64,000 nucleotides of DNA. Source: Octopus sinensis. Taxonomy: Eukaryota. Positions 1-11,552 of this stretch are shown piece by piece; position 1 is the first letter of the stretch; each line of letters opens with the position of its first letter. A program made the position numbers and the translations under genes. The notes under the pieces were generated by a model that ran no database searches, was not told where the DNA came from, and worked only from the letters and a program-made list of their open reading frames with translations. The DNA lies in the NCBI RefSeq assembly GCF_006345805.1, contig NC_042997.1:176080001-176144000 (forward strand), given 5' to 3'.

Positions 1-555
1 GACATGCTATAGCATGTTTGGAAGAGAATTACTTGCTATTTATTTTATGGTGAAGCATTTTTGCTATTTCCTGGAAGGAAGGAAGTTTACTATATTCACA
101 GACCATAAACTCCTTACCTTTGCTCTTTTTTTACCAAATCAGACAAGTATTCACTGAGAGAGACTCAACATCTTGATCATATTACGCAATTTTCTAGTGA
201 TATTCGACATATCTCTGGTTCTTGCAGTATTGTTGCTGATGCCTTATCTCACTTGCCTGTTTGTTCATTGTTGTCCACTTCTATGATAGACTTGATTGCC
301 TTGTCAGCTGACCAACCACCACTACTATCATCATCTTTGGACGTTTTGTTTGAGAAATTCGTAACATGTCAATTCAAGTATTTGGTGTTACCAACTTCAA
401 ATGGAGAGATATTGTTTGATATTTCTACTGGCTCACCCCGTCCACTCGCACCAGAGTCTCATCATTGCACTGTTTTCAACACCTTGCGTACCTTATGACA
501 TCCTGGTGTGACAGCTTCTGTGAAGCTCATTTCTGTTTGATTTCTTTTGGCCACT
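1..555 (+). mobile_element. Ty3/Gypsy LTR retrotransposon pol remnant (RNase H to integrase zinc finger), degenerate
   Basis: Translation across frameshifts gives YSMFGRELLAIY..KHF.YFLEGRKFTIFTDHK.L..., then HISGSCSIVADALSH and HPGVTASVKLIS. These match Gypsy RNase H (RELLA, TDHKPL, ADALSR) and the integrase HPG motif. Confidence 0.85.
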
Positions 556-871
556 ATATTTTCAGCATCTTAGTGACTCTCACAGATTCCTACTTTCATA
601 TCCTTATTAAAACATTTGACTATACAACTGTCAAAATGGCTAGTTTTTTTGGTTGGATGTAGTTGGAGTGGGGCCTCCATGCATTGTCCTCTTTTAACAC
701 TCTCTTGTAGTTGCATCTACAATCACTTCATGTACTCTTTTCCTCAACGACATTCCAGTCGCATTCAGTATACTGCTTCTCAATTTGAAACAACTTATGC
801 TTCTATCATCAGTTGCAGAACATATGTAAACCTCTTTTAGCTTCTCTTGTCACTAAGTATATGTGATACTT

Positions 872-1140
872 AAAAATAATAATAATGAAATTATTGTATA
901 CAGTGCTCAAGTGCACCACAACTTGTCAAAAGCGTGTATAAAGCAAATGCAGTAATGTACAAATGTCTGGAAAGTGAACAGTGTTTGAGTCAGATACATG
1001 TTTGCGTGTGTATGAAAGAAAAAAAATAGCTCACCACTATAAAACTCCATTTGCTGTCCACTGAAGTTGTTAGGAAATCTGACCAAAAAGATGTAGAGTA
1101 AGAAGAGACAGAAAAATGTAGACTCGACACGTAAAAACAT
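872..1140 (-). mobile_element. CR1-clade LINE 3' end fragment
   Basis: Same 3' terminal sequence (aataatgaaattattgtatacagtgctcaggtgcaccacaacttgtc...) as the copies at 11553, 17770, 18961, 20710 and 59630. Confidence 0.8.
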
Positions 1141-1153
1141 TTTTTCTTTCTTT

Positions 1154-1640
1154 CAGGGTCACCATTTTAATGAGGAGTCAAACATGAATCTAGTTTTCTT
1201 TTCTTGTGTTGTGTTAAACTGCATGTACATTGGTGTGACAAACAAAATTGAGTCAAAGTTTAGATAACAAGTTTTTATATATCTGCGCTTTTACAAAAAA
1301 TGCATGTGAAATAGTAAAATGTATACAAACATGGTTGTTTCATAGCTAGTGAAAATTTATTGGTCAGCAGTCGGCTGGAGAATAAGTCAGTTGGTATTAA
1401 TGGTTAAAGGTTCATCTTGTGTGATTCGTGCTGAAACAGAAGAGAGTATGAATGTGCCAGCTACATAATGAGATAGCTGTAATAGCTAAGAGCAATGTGA
1501 GCCAATCGCCCTGAGAGCCAGGAGTCAAGAGGGCAGTCCAGTGAGAGTCACGCTGATAAGATAAGAGGAAGATTAAATGTCCATATAGAGTTTATATATC
1601 CTTCCAGCAGAAATGCTGTGTCGCATAGCACCATCAAAGC
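1154..1640 (-). mobile_element. Possible LTR remnant with a tRNA-Trp-like primer binding site
   Basis: The minus strand reads ...cattaaaa-TGGTGACCCTG at 1154-1164, similar to the better PBS at 24095-24108. An AATAAA on the minus strand lies near 1357. The far boundary is a guess. Confidence 0.3.
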
Positions 1641-1789
1641 ACCCGCTACCAACAACAGCATGAGAGGATGCAACTCTGCTCTGCTCCTTTTATTACCATT
1701 CAGCCATAACAACACTTGCTACATTACTTTTTGTATTCAGATATTCTAAATAAATTTGTAAAATTATGTTATGCAATATTTAAATACCT

Positions 1790-2022
1790 ATTTCTTTACT
1801 ACCCACAAGGGGCTAAACGCATAGAGGACAAACAAGGACAGACAAACAGATTAAGTCAATTATATTAACCCCAGTGCATAACTGGTACTTATTTAATCAA
1901 CCCCGAAAGGATGAAAGGCAAAGTTGACCTCGGCGGAATTTGAACTCAGAACGTAGCAGCAGATGAAATACTGCTAAGCATTTCACCCAGTGTGCTAACG
2001 ATTCTGCCTGCTCGCCGTCTTA
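1790..2022 (-). mobile_element. tRNA-headed SINE, family A
   Basis: A-box/B-box-like head (tggcagaatcgttag...gagttcaaattcc) and core gactttgcctttcatcctttcggggtcga. Flanked by a 21-bp TSD, ttatgcaat(a/g)tttaaatacct. Many further copies, e.g. ~6905-7118, 9742-9976, 11114-11347, 25174-25408, 40749-40946, 41555-41975, 43330-43500, 44570-44720, 45050-45185, 45368-45600. Confidence 0.9.
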
Positions 2023-2486
2023 TTATGCAATGTTTAAATACCTTTTAACAACTTTTATTGTAAGGAAAATGGGCATTACAATAGATACTATTATGTACCT
2101 TTTGAATACATTTCAACACTATACAGACTGAGCCAAAAGCTAGGAAGTCTGCTAGTATATATATATATATATATATTAAAACAGAAACATAGCAAACAAG
2201 AGATAGGCTCCCCTACTAGATAATTTGTTGTATAGGTTTAATAAACCAGTGGTTCAAGTTTTGTTAACTGGTGGTCAGGGTGTCTGTGACTTAGAACAAG
2301 GAGGACAGTATATATTGCTATATTTGTGGGGTCTCTGAGATTGTCAGGAGAAAAGGAGTTACTCTTGTTCTTCTGACCTAGACTGAATGCTTACAAAGCA
2401 GCCAAGTGCTAGGTTGTGATGTTAAATCAGACAACAGATTAAGTCTATCGCATATAATTAATAGTAAAATCTTTTGTATTTTCCAG

Positions 2487-2557
2487 GACTGTTGTGATTG
2501 ATAAATCTACCAGTTTTGTTCTATTCCTGAGTCGGCTTGCGATTGTTTGTGCTATTG
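2487..2557 (+). CDS. SLC44A2: Choline transporter-like protein (CTL2/CTL4 type), internal exon
   Basis: Acceptor ttttccag, donor gtatgt. Encodes (R)TVVIDKSTSFVLFLSRLAIVCAI(G), homologous to RVxVLDKVTDFLLFLGKLLIVG of SLC44A2/4. Phase matches the next exon. Confidence 0.88.
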
Positions 2558-2685
2558 GTATGTATTCACAATTCTCTTTTCAGTACTACTAAAAATATTA
2601 GAAAATGTTATGAAAGTCATAATTACAATGAAGACAGAAATAATGATAATAAATGAAAACCTGTTGAGGCAAACGAAATCAAAAT

Positions 2686-3188
2686 CAATTCGATGACTGT
2701 CATTCGTGCTAGCGGGGTGCAAAGAACACTATACGAGTGTGATCATTGACAGAGCGGCTATTCGAGTATGATCGTTACCAGCGAGGCCTTACTGACACTT
2801 ATGCCTGTGCTAGTAGGGTGCCAAGAGCACCATCCGAGCGTGATCATTGCCAGAACAGCCAACTGGCTTCCGTACCCTTGGCACATAAAAGGGCACCATT
2901 TGAGCGTGATCATTACCAACGTCTCTTCACTGACACCTGTGCCAGTGGCATGTGTAAAAAGATTCGAGTGAGGTCGTTGCCAGTGCCGCCTGACTGGCCC
3001 TGTGCCGGTGGCATGTAAAAAGCACCCACTACACTCTCGGAGTGGTTGGCATTAGGAAGGGCATCTAGCTCTAGAAACTCTGCCAGATCAAGATTGGAGC
3101 CTGGTGCAGCCATCTGGCTCGCCAGCCCTCAGTCAAAATCGTCCAACCCATGCTAGCATGGAAAGCGGACGTTAAACGATGATGATGA
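2686..3188 (+). mobile_element. (GAT)n-tailed retroposon, family C, with internal ~65-bp tandem units
   Basis: Ends ...catgctagcatggaaagcggacgttaaacgatgatgatg, with core ggcattaggaagggcatccagctgtagaaac. Other copies at ~10255-10565, 21310-21575, 22822-23232(-), 31628-32130(-), 32525-32968, 35693-35870(-), 54718-54871, 56655-57145, 61397-61578(-), 62095-62288, 63675-64000(-). Confidence 0.85.
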
Positions 3189-3554
3189 AATTCTACTGTA
3201 GTGGTGGTGGTGGTGGCAGCTGTAACATCAATAATGTTGATGATGATGATGATGATGACGACAGTCTGGATGTTGATATCAATGACAATTACATCAGTGA
3301 TGATAATAGCAGTATCAAGGATAATGATGTTAACAGTGTTCATGATGATAAAAACAGCAATGATAACAACAATGGTGATGCAATGGGAGCTTAATAACTT
3401 GAAGTAATGATGTAACTGACGAAAACAACAGATGACAGTAATAATGACTCTGACAGCTCTAGCCGTCATTAGTTTTTGACTATTGAATATTTTGTTACAG
3501 TTTGGTGGATTTTAGAGGATTATTTTTTTTTTCTTTTACCAAGAATATATGTAG

Positions 3555-4085
3555 GTGCAAGTGTGGCTGTGTGGTAAGAAGTTTGCTGTCCAACCATTTA
3601 GTTCTGGGTTCAGCCACTGCATAGCACCTTGGGCAAGTGTCTTCTACTACACCCCTGGGCCAAACAAAGCCTTGTGAGTAGATTTGGAGGACAGAAACTG
3701 AAAGAAGCTGGGCATGTGTGTTTCTTTGTGTTTGTTGCCAACCACCACTTAACTGGTGTTAGTTTGTTTATGTCCCCATAAGTTAGTGATTTAGCAAAAA
3801 GAGACTGAGAGAATAAATACCTGGCTTAAAAATGAAAATTTTGGGGGGTCAATTCGATCGACTAAACCAGGGGTCTCCAAAGTGGTCGATATCGACCCCT
3901 GGGGGTCAATGGGACTATTCAAGGGATTGATAAATGCACATCTACTTATTATTTATTTTCTTGTACATATCCGGGGCTTATGAAGGGGTCGATGGTCTAA
4001 AAAATGTCTAGGGACCCCTTGACTATACCTAAAGGTGGTACCCCAGCATGACTGCAGTTGAATGACTAAAAATGAGTAAAAGATC
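3555..4085 (+). mobile_element. CORE-type tRNA SINE, family B (resembles octopus OR2-type SINEs)
   Basis: Head ggctgtgtggtaag...ggttcag followed by the CORE-like caccttgggcaagtgtctt. Further copies at ~18395-18802(-), 28561-28925, 39271-39690, 55620-56043(-), and degenerate ones at 4540-4720 and 19910-20210. Confidence 0.85.
3868..4020. mobile_element. hAT-type MITE (153 bp) nested in a family B SINE
   Basis: Termini CAGGGGTCTC...GGGACCCCTT form an imperfect TIR. 8-bp TSD gactaaac/gactatac. Confidence 0.75.
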
Positions 4086-5156
4086 AAACGATCACCTCCT
4101 TGTCCTGGTAAGGTTAATGAAGTCAATGTTCAACTTGAATTTCTGTAGTTTTATGCCAATAGGGAGAAACAAGAGAGCTTGATGAATGCATCCTTTTCCC
4201 CACCTTATAATTGTTGCCTTGCAAGTGTTGGGTAGAGATCGACTTCCTCCTAGGTATTGTAAGGAGTGTTCTTTGGTTATGTAATACATGAACTACTTGA
4301 GATTTTACTGTTGAGGACTTGGTTGTATGAGAGATCTAGAGGAGCATAATTATGGGGAAGGCTTTTGTTATCTTTTATCTTTTCTTTTTACCATGGCTGT
4401 TGACTAAAAAGCCATTAGAGTGCAGCTATGCTGTGGCATTGCCTTGATCTGTATAGTTGAATAAATCGTCCCTAGTGCTTATGTTTTAAAGCTGTCACTT
4501 ATTCAATTGGTCTATTTGGCCAAACCACTATGTTATGGGGACATAAACAAACCAACATCAGTTGGACACATATGTATGGATAACACACTCACAAAGCATT
4601 TAGTTAGCCTGGGGATATCTTTGAGAGAACTTGCCAAATGTGCCATTAAGTGGGACTGAACTCAAAACCATGTGGTTGCAAAGTGAGATTCTTATCACAC
4701 AGCTATGCCTGCACCTATGTTAGTTTGCTTCCTCTTTCACCATTTTAGGTGTATCTCTGTTATTTACATACAAATACTACTTCTGCTAAAGCAGCTGAGT
4801 GTTTAACAAAAGGAAAAAATTGCTTCCGAAATCACTGAAATATTTGAAGTGCTAAAATAAAATAAAAGCATGAAATAAAAAAAAATGCAAAAAACACTAT
4901 TAGTAAAATCATATTATTTGCTTGAAGTAACATTGCTAATCAAATATGATAATAGATTTAAATTTAACTAGGAATTTTTAAAAAATAATAATTACAAACC
5001 CAAATAAATGCTGATCAAAGAAAATAATTATTTGATATTTCTGCTTCAATGGGCTATAATTATAATGTTCTGTAATTAAGGCTTATTGAAGCTGAACTGT
5101 TGAATATGTTTATTTTTCTTCATGAGTAATCATCCCACCTTTTACCATACTTCTAT

Positions 5157-5195
<39 letters not shown>

Positions 5196-5399
5196 TGCCA
5201 TACTGTCTCAAATTGTTGCTAGAAGAAATGGGAGGGTTTCTATAGCTTATGTTTTCAGTTTTATTTTTTTAAACTTATCAGAAGACCTCCACTTTAATCT
5301 GATAATTTCAGCCTCTCATATTTAGTTTATTTATTTTTTTTTAATATCTTATTACCATATTAATATAATGCCTGTGTCTTTTCTTTCTGTGTCTTATAG

Positions 5400-5497
5400 G
5401 ATTTGCATCATATGCAGTTTTTGGTCAAAAAATAAGTCACGGTGCATCTGAGTACATTGATGAGCTAAAGCTCAGCTTCCATGTGGTTCCAATTGTG
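5400..5497 (+). CDS. SLC44A2: Choline transporter-like protein, internal exon
   Basis: Acceptor tgtcttatag, donor gtaagt. Encodes GFASYAVFGQKISHGASEYIDELKLSFHVVPIV, in frame with both neighbouring exons. Confidence 0.9.
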
Positions 5498-5629
5498 GTA
5501 AGTTTGTTTGATATTAGTCTTTAATTATTTTTACAAATGTTCAATGTATTAAGATGTAGAGTATGATGTGAAAGAGATTTGGTGGTTATTTATAGAGTGA
5601 CCAGATTGAAACTCTCTTCATATTTGTTT

Positions 5630-5846
5630 AATGATGATACAATATTATTGTTATACTTAGAGATGGTAATTTTTTGCCAACTAAACACACATTATTTGAG
5701 CTTTCATATTATTTTTAGTTTTTACAGAGTCAGTTCTTTCGTTATATATTCTGTGACCTCTTCAGTGATTCTCTGTCCCATGCATCTCCTTTTTTCCTGC
5801 TTATTCCATTTTATCCTTTTGTGGTATGCATCTCTATCTGTGAATG

Positions 5847-5877
<31 letters not shown>

Positions 5878-5900
5878 CTGTCTGTCTGTTTATGTGTTTA
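5630..5900 (+). repeat. Diverged single-arm copy of the fold-back element at 15438-16210
   Basis: Shares the blocks agatggt(a/c)attttt, gccaa(c/a)taaacac and tctgtgacctcttcag with the left arm of the palindrome. Confidence 0.5.
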
Positions 5901-7139
5901 GTATATGTGTTCCATGTATGTGTATATGGTTTTGTATACTAGTTTGTACCCATGTCATTTATTTATCTGTTTATATCTTTTTCACTTTCTCATTCCGTCT
6001 TTAGTATGTGTATGTGTGTCTTGTGTGCATGTATAAGGGTTTGTATATTACACTGTTAGTACTCATGTCTATAAATTTGTTTGGAAGCCACTCAGTTGAT
6101 AGAATTTATCCTAGTATAGATTTTATGGAAGAAAAACATGATGCTAACAACTAAACTCAGATTATAATAAAAGAAAACTGAATACCTGAAGACATTTAGT
6201 TTTGAATTCTACCACCTCTGCATACCAACTGCCATGTGTCAAGTTGAGGAGGATGCTACTGATTGGTGACTTGACATGCTAAAAACAGCAACCAAACATC
6301 TCTCAAATAAATCATACCTTACTGTTTATATAACATGCACTAACACCAGACACTAACATGCATGTATTCATGTGCACACACAGACACACAACCGATATAC
6401 ATACACACATACACAGCTGATATACACAGTTGACACATACACTTACATATACTTCCACACAAGTATTCATACATGGCTGATACACACCTGCACTCATACA
6501 TACACACACCTCAGCAAACACACACATATATATCAATAAAGTGATGCCATCAGCTCTCACACACATGCCACCTTACACACACACACACACACACACACAC
6601 CCTCTCCCTGACCACAAATCTAATGTTGTGCAAGCCCTTCAAAGACCAGCCAGACAGTGTGATACCACATGGTCCAAGAAATTATCCATGTATTTGGTGT
6701 TGCTGGAATTTTGATTCCACTTTTAATAATACCATGTGACCTGCTTTGACCAAAAGCAGCCAGGTTTCTGGTAACCATCTTGAACTTCCTGCACCTGTCC
6801 ATTCAGCTTGAGCCCATCAGACTAGATTTCTGTAAAAAGCCTATAAAACTTTAAGTTGCATGGAGGTGACTCAAACTGTTTTAAATTGTAATAATAATAA
6901 TAGTTCTTTCTACTTGAAACATAAGCCCTCAAATTTGGGTGAAGGGATTAAGTTGATTACATCGACCCCAGTGCGTAACTGGTACTTGTTTAATCGATCC
7001 CAAAAGATGAAAGGCAAAGTTGACCCCAGCGGTATGTGAACACAGAACATAAAGACAATCAAATTACCGCTAAACAGGTCTCCCGGTATGCTAACGAGAT
7101 TTTGCCAGCTCAGCACCTTAATAATAATAATAATATTTA

Positions 7140-7940
7140 TAAGATATATATATATATTAAATAAAATGAGACAACAAAGCCATGGAAGTTTGAAATTTCT
7201 AAGACATTTATAAAGAAAAAGGTAGTCTTACAGCTGTTTCAAGGATATAAAAGATATCCCATCATCAGAGACGATGTGAGGGAGTTAAATAGAAGGAAAT
7301 AGTAGAGTTCAATATAAGAAGTTATTTTGGAAAGTGAGAGATATAGGAAGTATAAAGGGAAATATGAGAATAAAAGTGTATGTTGAATGTTAAAGTTGCT
7401 GTTCCATTATCCAAGGAATGTGCTGTGTAGAATGGGTAAAAAGGTTTCTTATCCATGGTATGTAAATTCCAATAGGAGTTCATATTTTGTTATAACAAAC
7501 GGATGGTGTGCAGATATTAATACCATGTGCTGTTCATTCAAAGGGATCTTGTAGTGTAAATGAAATTTTGAGAATATACTGGTAGGGGGAAGTAGATAGA
7601 GAGAAGAGAATAGATAAGTATGTTAGAAAAAAGAAAAATGGTGTTGGTCAAAAGGATAAGGGGAGGAAGGAAAAAAGAGGAAGAAAAAAGGAAAAAAGGG
7701 GTGCTAGATGGTGGTCAAGATATTGTGAGTGGGTAGGGAGAGGAGAGCTATTAGTAGATAAAAGGAATAGTTGGAGGGATAGAAAGAAGAGATAAGAATG
7801 TAAGGAAGGAATATGTAAGAAGTTGGCGGTGGGGTGATATGTTTGAAAAAGCACTAAGGTGGAGAGATAGATAACAAATGTAGTACTGAGGTGGGTACTA
7901 AAAGTGAATAGCCTCAAAAAGGAAGGGAAGAATAAGAAGA
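7140..7940 (-). mobile_element. Penelope-like element terminal remnant
   Basis: Carries a Penelope-type hammerhead at 7225-7272, with a pyrimidine-rich tract upstream on the minus strand. No intact ORF, and the boundaries are approximate. Confidence 0.5.
7225..7272 (-). ncRNA. Minimal type I hammerhead ribozyme motif
   Basis: The minus strand reads gtct-CTGATGA-t-gggatat-ctttt-atatcct-t-GAAA-C-AGCT-G-TA-agac. The catalytic core is complete, with a 7-bp stem II, a palindromic AGCT loop 3 and a 4-bp stem I (gtct/agac). Confidence 0.8.
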
Positions 7941-9449
7941 TATAATGGTCAAGTTTCTAAAAATAGACATAGGCATTAATATGAAAGATAAGTATAAAGA
8001 CTACCGAAAATGGCTTAAATTAATCCTGAGTAAATTACTTTACTTTGTGTTTGTTGGAAATGTGACACATGCTTTCAATGCATGGTCAATGAACCTATCC
8101 AACCATCTATTTAACTACCATAAAAACCCATGTAATTTACGCACTTTTTTTTTTTATTTTGCAAAAATAAAAATAAACTTACATGAGTAGATCATTACTA
8201 GAATTTTTTTGAAATTTCTTTTGTTGGAAAAGCGTAAACATTCATGCAAGAAATTGACTCATTTAATGTTAGAATAAGTTTTTGTAGAAAAAAATAACAC
8301 CTTAAATATAATAAAGCTGACTTTTATTTATGCTGGGTGGTATAATGCTTACTTTTTGTGTATAAATTTATGAAAACCATTAAACAGTTAACTACTTTTT
8401 GATGTCTGACGTTCATGCTGGTAAACACGGTCCTGGCCATATTTTACATTGCTTGGAGTTTCTACCTATCGCAATGAGGCACCATTGACATACATAGTGA
8501 TATGGATATTTCTGACTGAAAAAAATGTAATGATATGGATTATCTTGATTGTGTATTTTTATTTTTGTCTGTTTATTACTAGGCAGTTTTAAGTTTGTCA
8601 TAGTGTTTACACCAATTTCAAACATTGACTTCATTAACATTAAAATGCCTTCCAGCAGCTCTATTGCCACATTCAAATGCATATTCAGCATATTTAATTT
8701 CTCCTTCACAATAAACGATTCATAAGTTCTGCCCATACTGACACTAATGGTAATGACAAGTTTGCTTGACATTTTATAAGTGTGAAAGGGGTTAAAATTT
8801 CAGTACTCCGTATCAAAGGTTCCAACAAGAATAGACAGAAAAGAATTTTGTTACATAAGCTTGATCGGTCACCTTCCTCTGTTGGTTAAGTAAAGTATCA
8901 TCCAAGTTGATGTTTATTGGTAATTAAACTTAATTTGCAATACCTGTGCATATTTATCAGCTTTGTTTTTGTTGGTAATTCTTATCAACAACTTTTCCTG
9001 GGATCGTAATTTGAGAAGACCTACAGCAGTAGGCTAAAGATCGGACATAATCTCTTGTGTGCAAGAAATGTAAAATAAAGTTTATTATAAACAACACAAA
9101 CACTTTGTAATTTAATATCTTTCAATGTGATACCTGTTTAACAGAAATTATTTTTATTTAATGAAAATTTAATAAAATCTAATCATAAGTGAAATTATGC
9201 TAAATACAACTAAATTGAAAACCTTTTGCCCCTAACTATATCGACAATTCTGAAAACTTTTGGGTGTGAATTTTACATGAGTAGCTTTTTTTTAACAAAT
9301 TTTATCCTGAAAATCACGTGCTTAAATTACACAGGTGCACAAATTACATGGGTCTTTACAGTAATTGTCTCTGATACAGACCACAACCAGTTTCCTCACA
9401 ATCCAAAGTTATTTCATTCTTAGAATTATTTTCTCTCTTTCTCTTTTAG

Positions 9450-9534
9450 ATCATTGTTATTGGTACCTATATCATTACATCACTGTTCTTCAGTGTTTAT
9501 GACATGGCTGTGGACACCCTGTTTCTGTGTTTCT
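9450..9534 (+). CDS. SLC44A2: Choline transporter-like protein, penultimate exon
   Basis: Acceptor ctcttttag, donor gtgagt. Encodes IIVIGTYIITSLFFSVYDMAVDTLFLCF, which contains the SLC44 signature FFSVYxMxVDTLFLCF. Confidence 0.97.
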
Positions 9535-10613
9535 GTGAGTACTTTTTTAGATTTTTTGATACTGTAAATTATCACAAGCAGTGTATACATTTATCAGCAT
9601 ACATGTCAGTTTATTTTATTAATTGTATCTAGCTTTAGCTGTAAAGTACACTCTTGCCTCTAAAAATGTTTTGTATTTTTAACCATTATATGTTGTGTAG
9701 AGAATCGGTCTGTCCACAAGCCCAATATTCTATGGTTTCTTATTTCTTTATTGCCCACAAGGGGCTAAACATAGAGGGGACAAACAAGGACAGACAAAGG
9801 GATTAAGTCGATTACAACGACCCCCCACTGCGTAACTGGTACTTAATTTATCGACCCCAAAAGGATGAAAGGCAAAGTCCACCTTGGCAGAATTTGAACT
9901 CAGAACGTAACGGCAGACGAAATACTGCTAAGCATTTCGCCCAGCATGCTAATGTTTCTGCCAGCTCTCTGCCTTAGTCTATTCTTTGGTTTCTTTATAC
10001 ACTTTGTGTTGCATGTGAAATAAGAGTTGTTAACCTCTAACTCAACCCTCCTCCAGGAGACCTTGAGTGTTCCCTCATAACTCTGTCACAAGACAGTGTA
10101 GCCAATTCTGAGAAACAGAGAGAGAAGAATCAGCCTCAGTATTTGACCAATATTTTGTTAATCAACTCTGGAGGGATGAAAGACAATTTAATATAGAATT
10201 TCATTTAATGGGACTTGTGGTGATTTGCTTGAGAACACATGTCAATCTAAGTAAAATCGCAGCCATCCATACATATAGGCATGTCCTTTATGGCCATTCC
10301 TCTACTCCTCCTTGCAGGTACTAGTGCCACATAAGATAATAGTCATGCTGATGCCACATAAAATGCAGTCATGTTGATAGCATGTAAAATACACTTGTGC
10401 CAGTACCATGTGATGTGCACTTGTGTCAGTGCCACATAAAATGCACATGTGTCAGTGTCACATAAATACACCGATGCCAGCAACACATAAAAAGCACCCA
10501 GTACACTCTGTAAAATGGTTGGCCTTAGAAACCATGCCAAAACGGACAATTGGAGTCTGGGCAGCTAGGAGAGTCCATTAAGTGTCTCCTTGAATGAATC
10601 AATATAAGCTTAA

Positions 10614-10833
10614 CCCTTTCATTACCAACCCGGCTGAAACTGGCTCTGGCTCTGAGTACAAATGTCTTGTTTTCATAAGTTTTGAATTAAAATTTCCCAC
10701 CAAACCTTAGTCGCAATTTATGTTCCTAATACTAGCTGAATGATAACTAAGTTATTTTACTAAATATTTTGTTATATTTAAAGTAATTGAAAGAAACACA
10801 GGGCATCTCAAAATAAATACAGTAACAAAAGGG
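10614..10833. mobile_element. piggyBac-type MITE, family 1
   Basis: TTAA|CCCTTTC(A/G)TTAC...GTAAC(A)AAAGGG|TTAA. A second copy lies at 54564-54927. Confidence 0.8.
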
Positions 10834-11552
10834 TTAACACTGACTGAATGACACTTAATAAACAATGTTTTGTGTCAAGGCAACTGGAGTTGTCTCATAG
10901 GGTTACTATGATCAACTAAACCTTTCCAGGTTATGCCAGAGCAATACTGCAGTCCAATGACTGAAACAGGTAAAAGAATGAAGGTTTTCAGTCAGTTTAA
11001 AGAAATAAACTTTTTCTAATGAGTATCACTTATGACTAAATTGATTACCTTTGCAACTGAAGAATATTTCACTAAGTTCAATAGGCACAAGTATGGCTGT
11101 ATGGTAAGAAACATAAGAAATGAGCTGGCAGAAATGTTAGCACGCCTGGCGAAATGCTTAGCGATATTTCGTCTGCCGTTACATTCTGAGTTCAAATTCC
11201 GCCAAGGTCGACTTTGCCTTTCACCCTTTTGGGGTCGATAAATTAAGTACCAGTTACGCACTGGGGTCGATATAATCGATTTAATCCCCTTTGTCTGTCC
11301 TTGTTTGTCCCCTCTGTGTTTAGCCCCTTGTGAGCAATAAAGAAATAAGAAGTTTGCTTACACACACACACACACAAATATATATATATATATATATATC
11401 TGTGTGTATAGGTTTGTTTACCCCACCACTTGACAACCAGTGTTGGTTTGTTTACATCCTCTTTAACTTAGCAGTTCAGCATAAAGAGACTAACGAAACT
11501 GATAAAATAAGTTCCAGGCTTAAAAACAAACAAGTACTTGGGCCAATTTAAA

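Noticed and set aside
1156-1265. Good-looking splice acceptor (tttctttcag) as a further SLC44 exon
   Set aside because: No frame resembles the expected upstream SLC44 sequence (NAY...FCxSAxxAF.LLMRN) and no suitable donor follows. The site overlaps a PBS-like motif.
3071-3469. Low-complexity ORFs (poly-Asp/Met/Ile)
   Set aside because: By-products of a (GAT)n tract extending from a retroposon tail. No splice context or domain.
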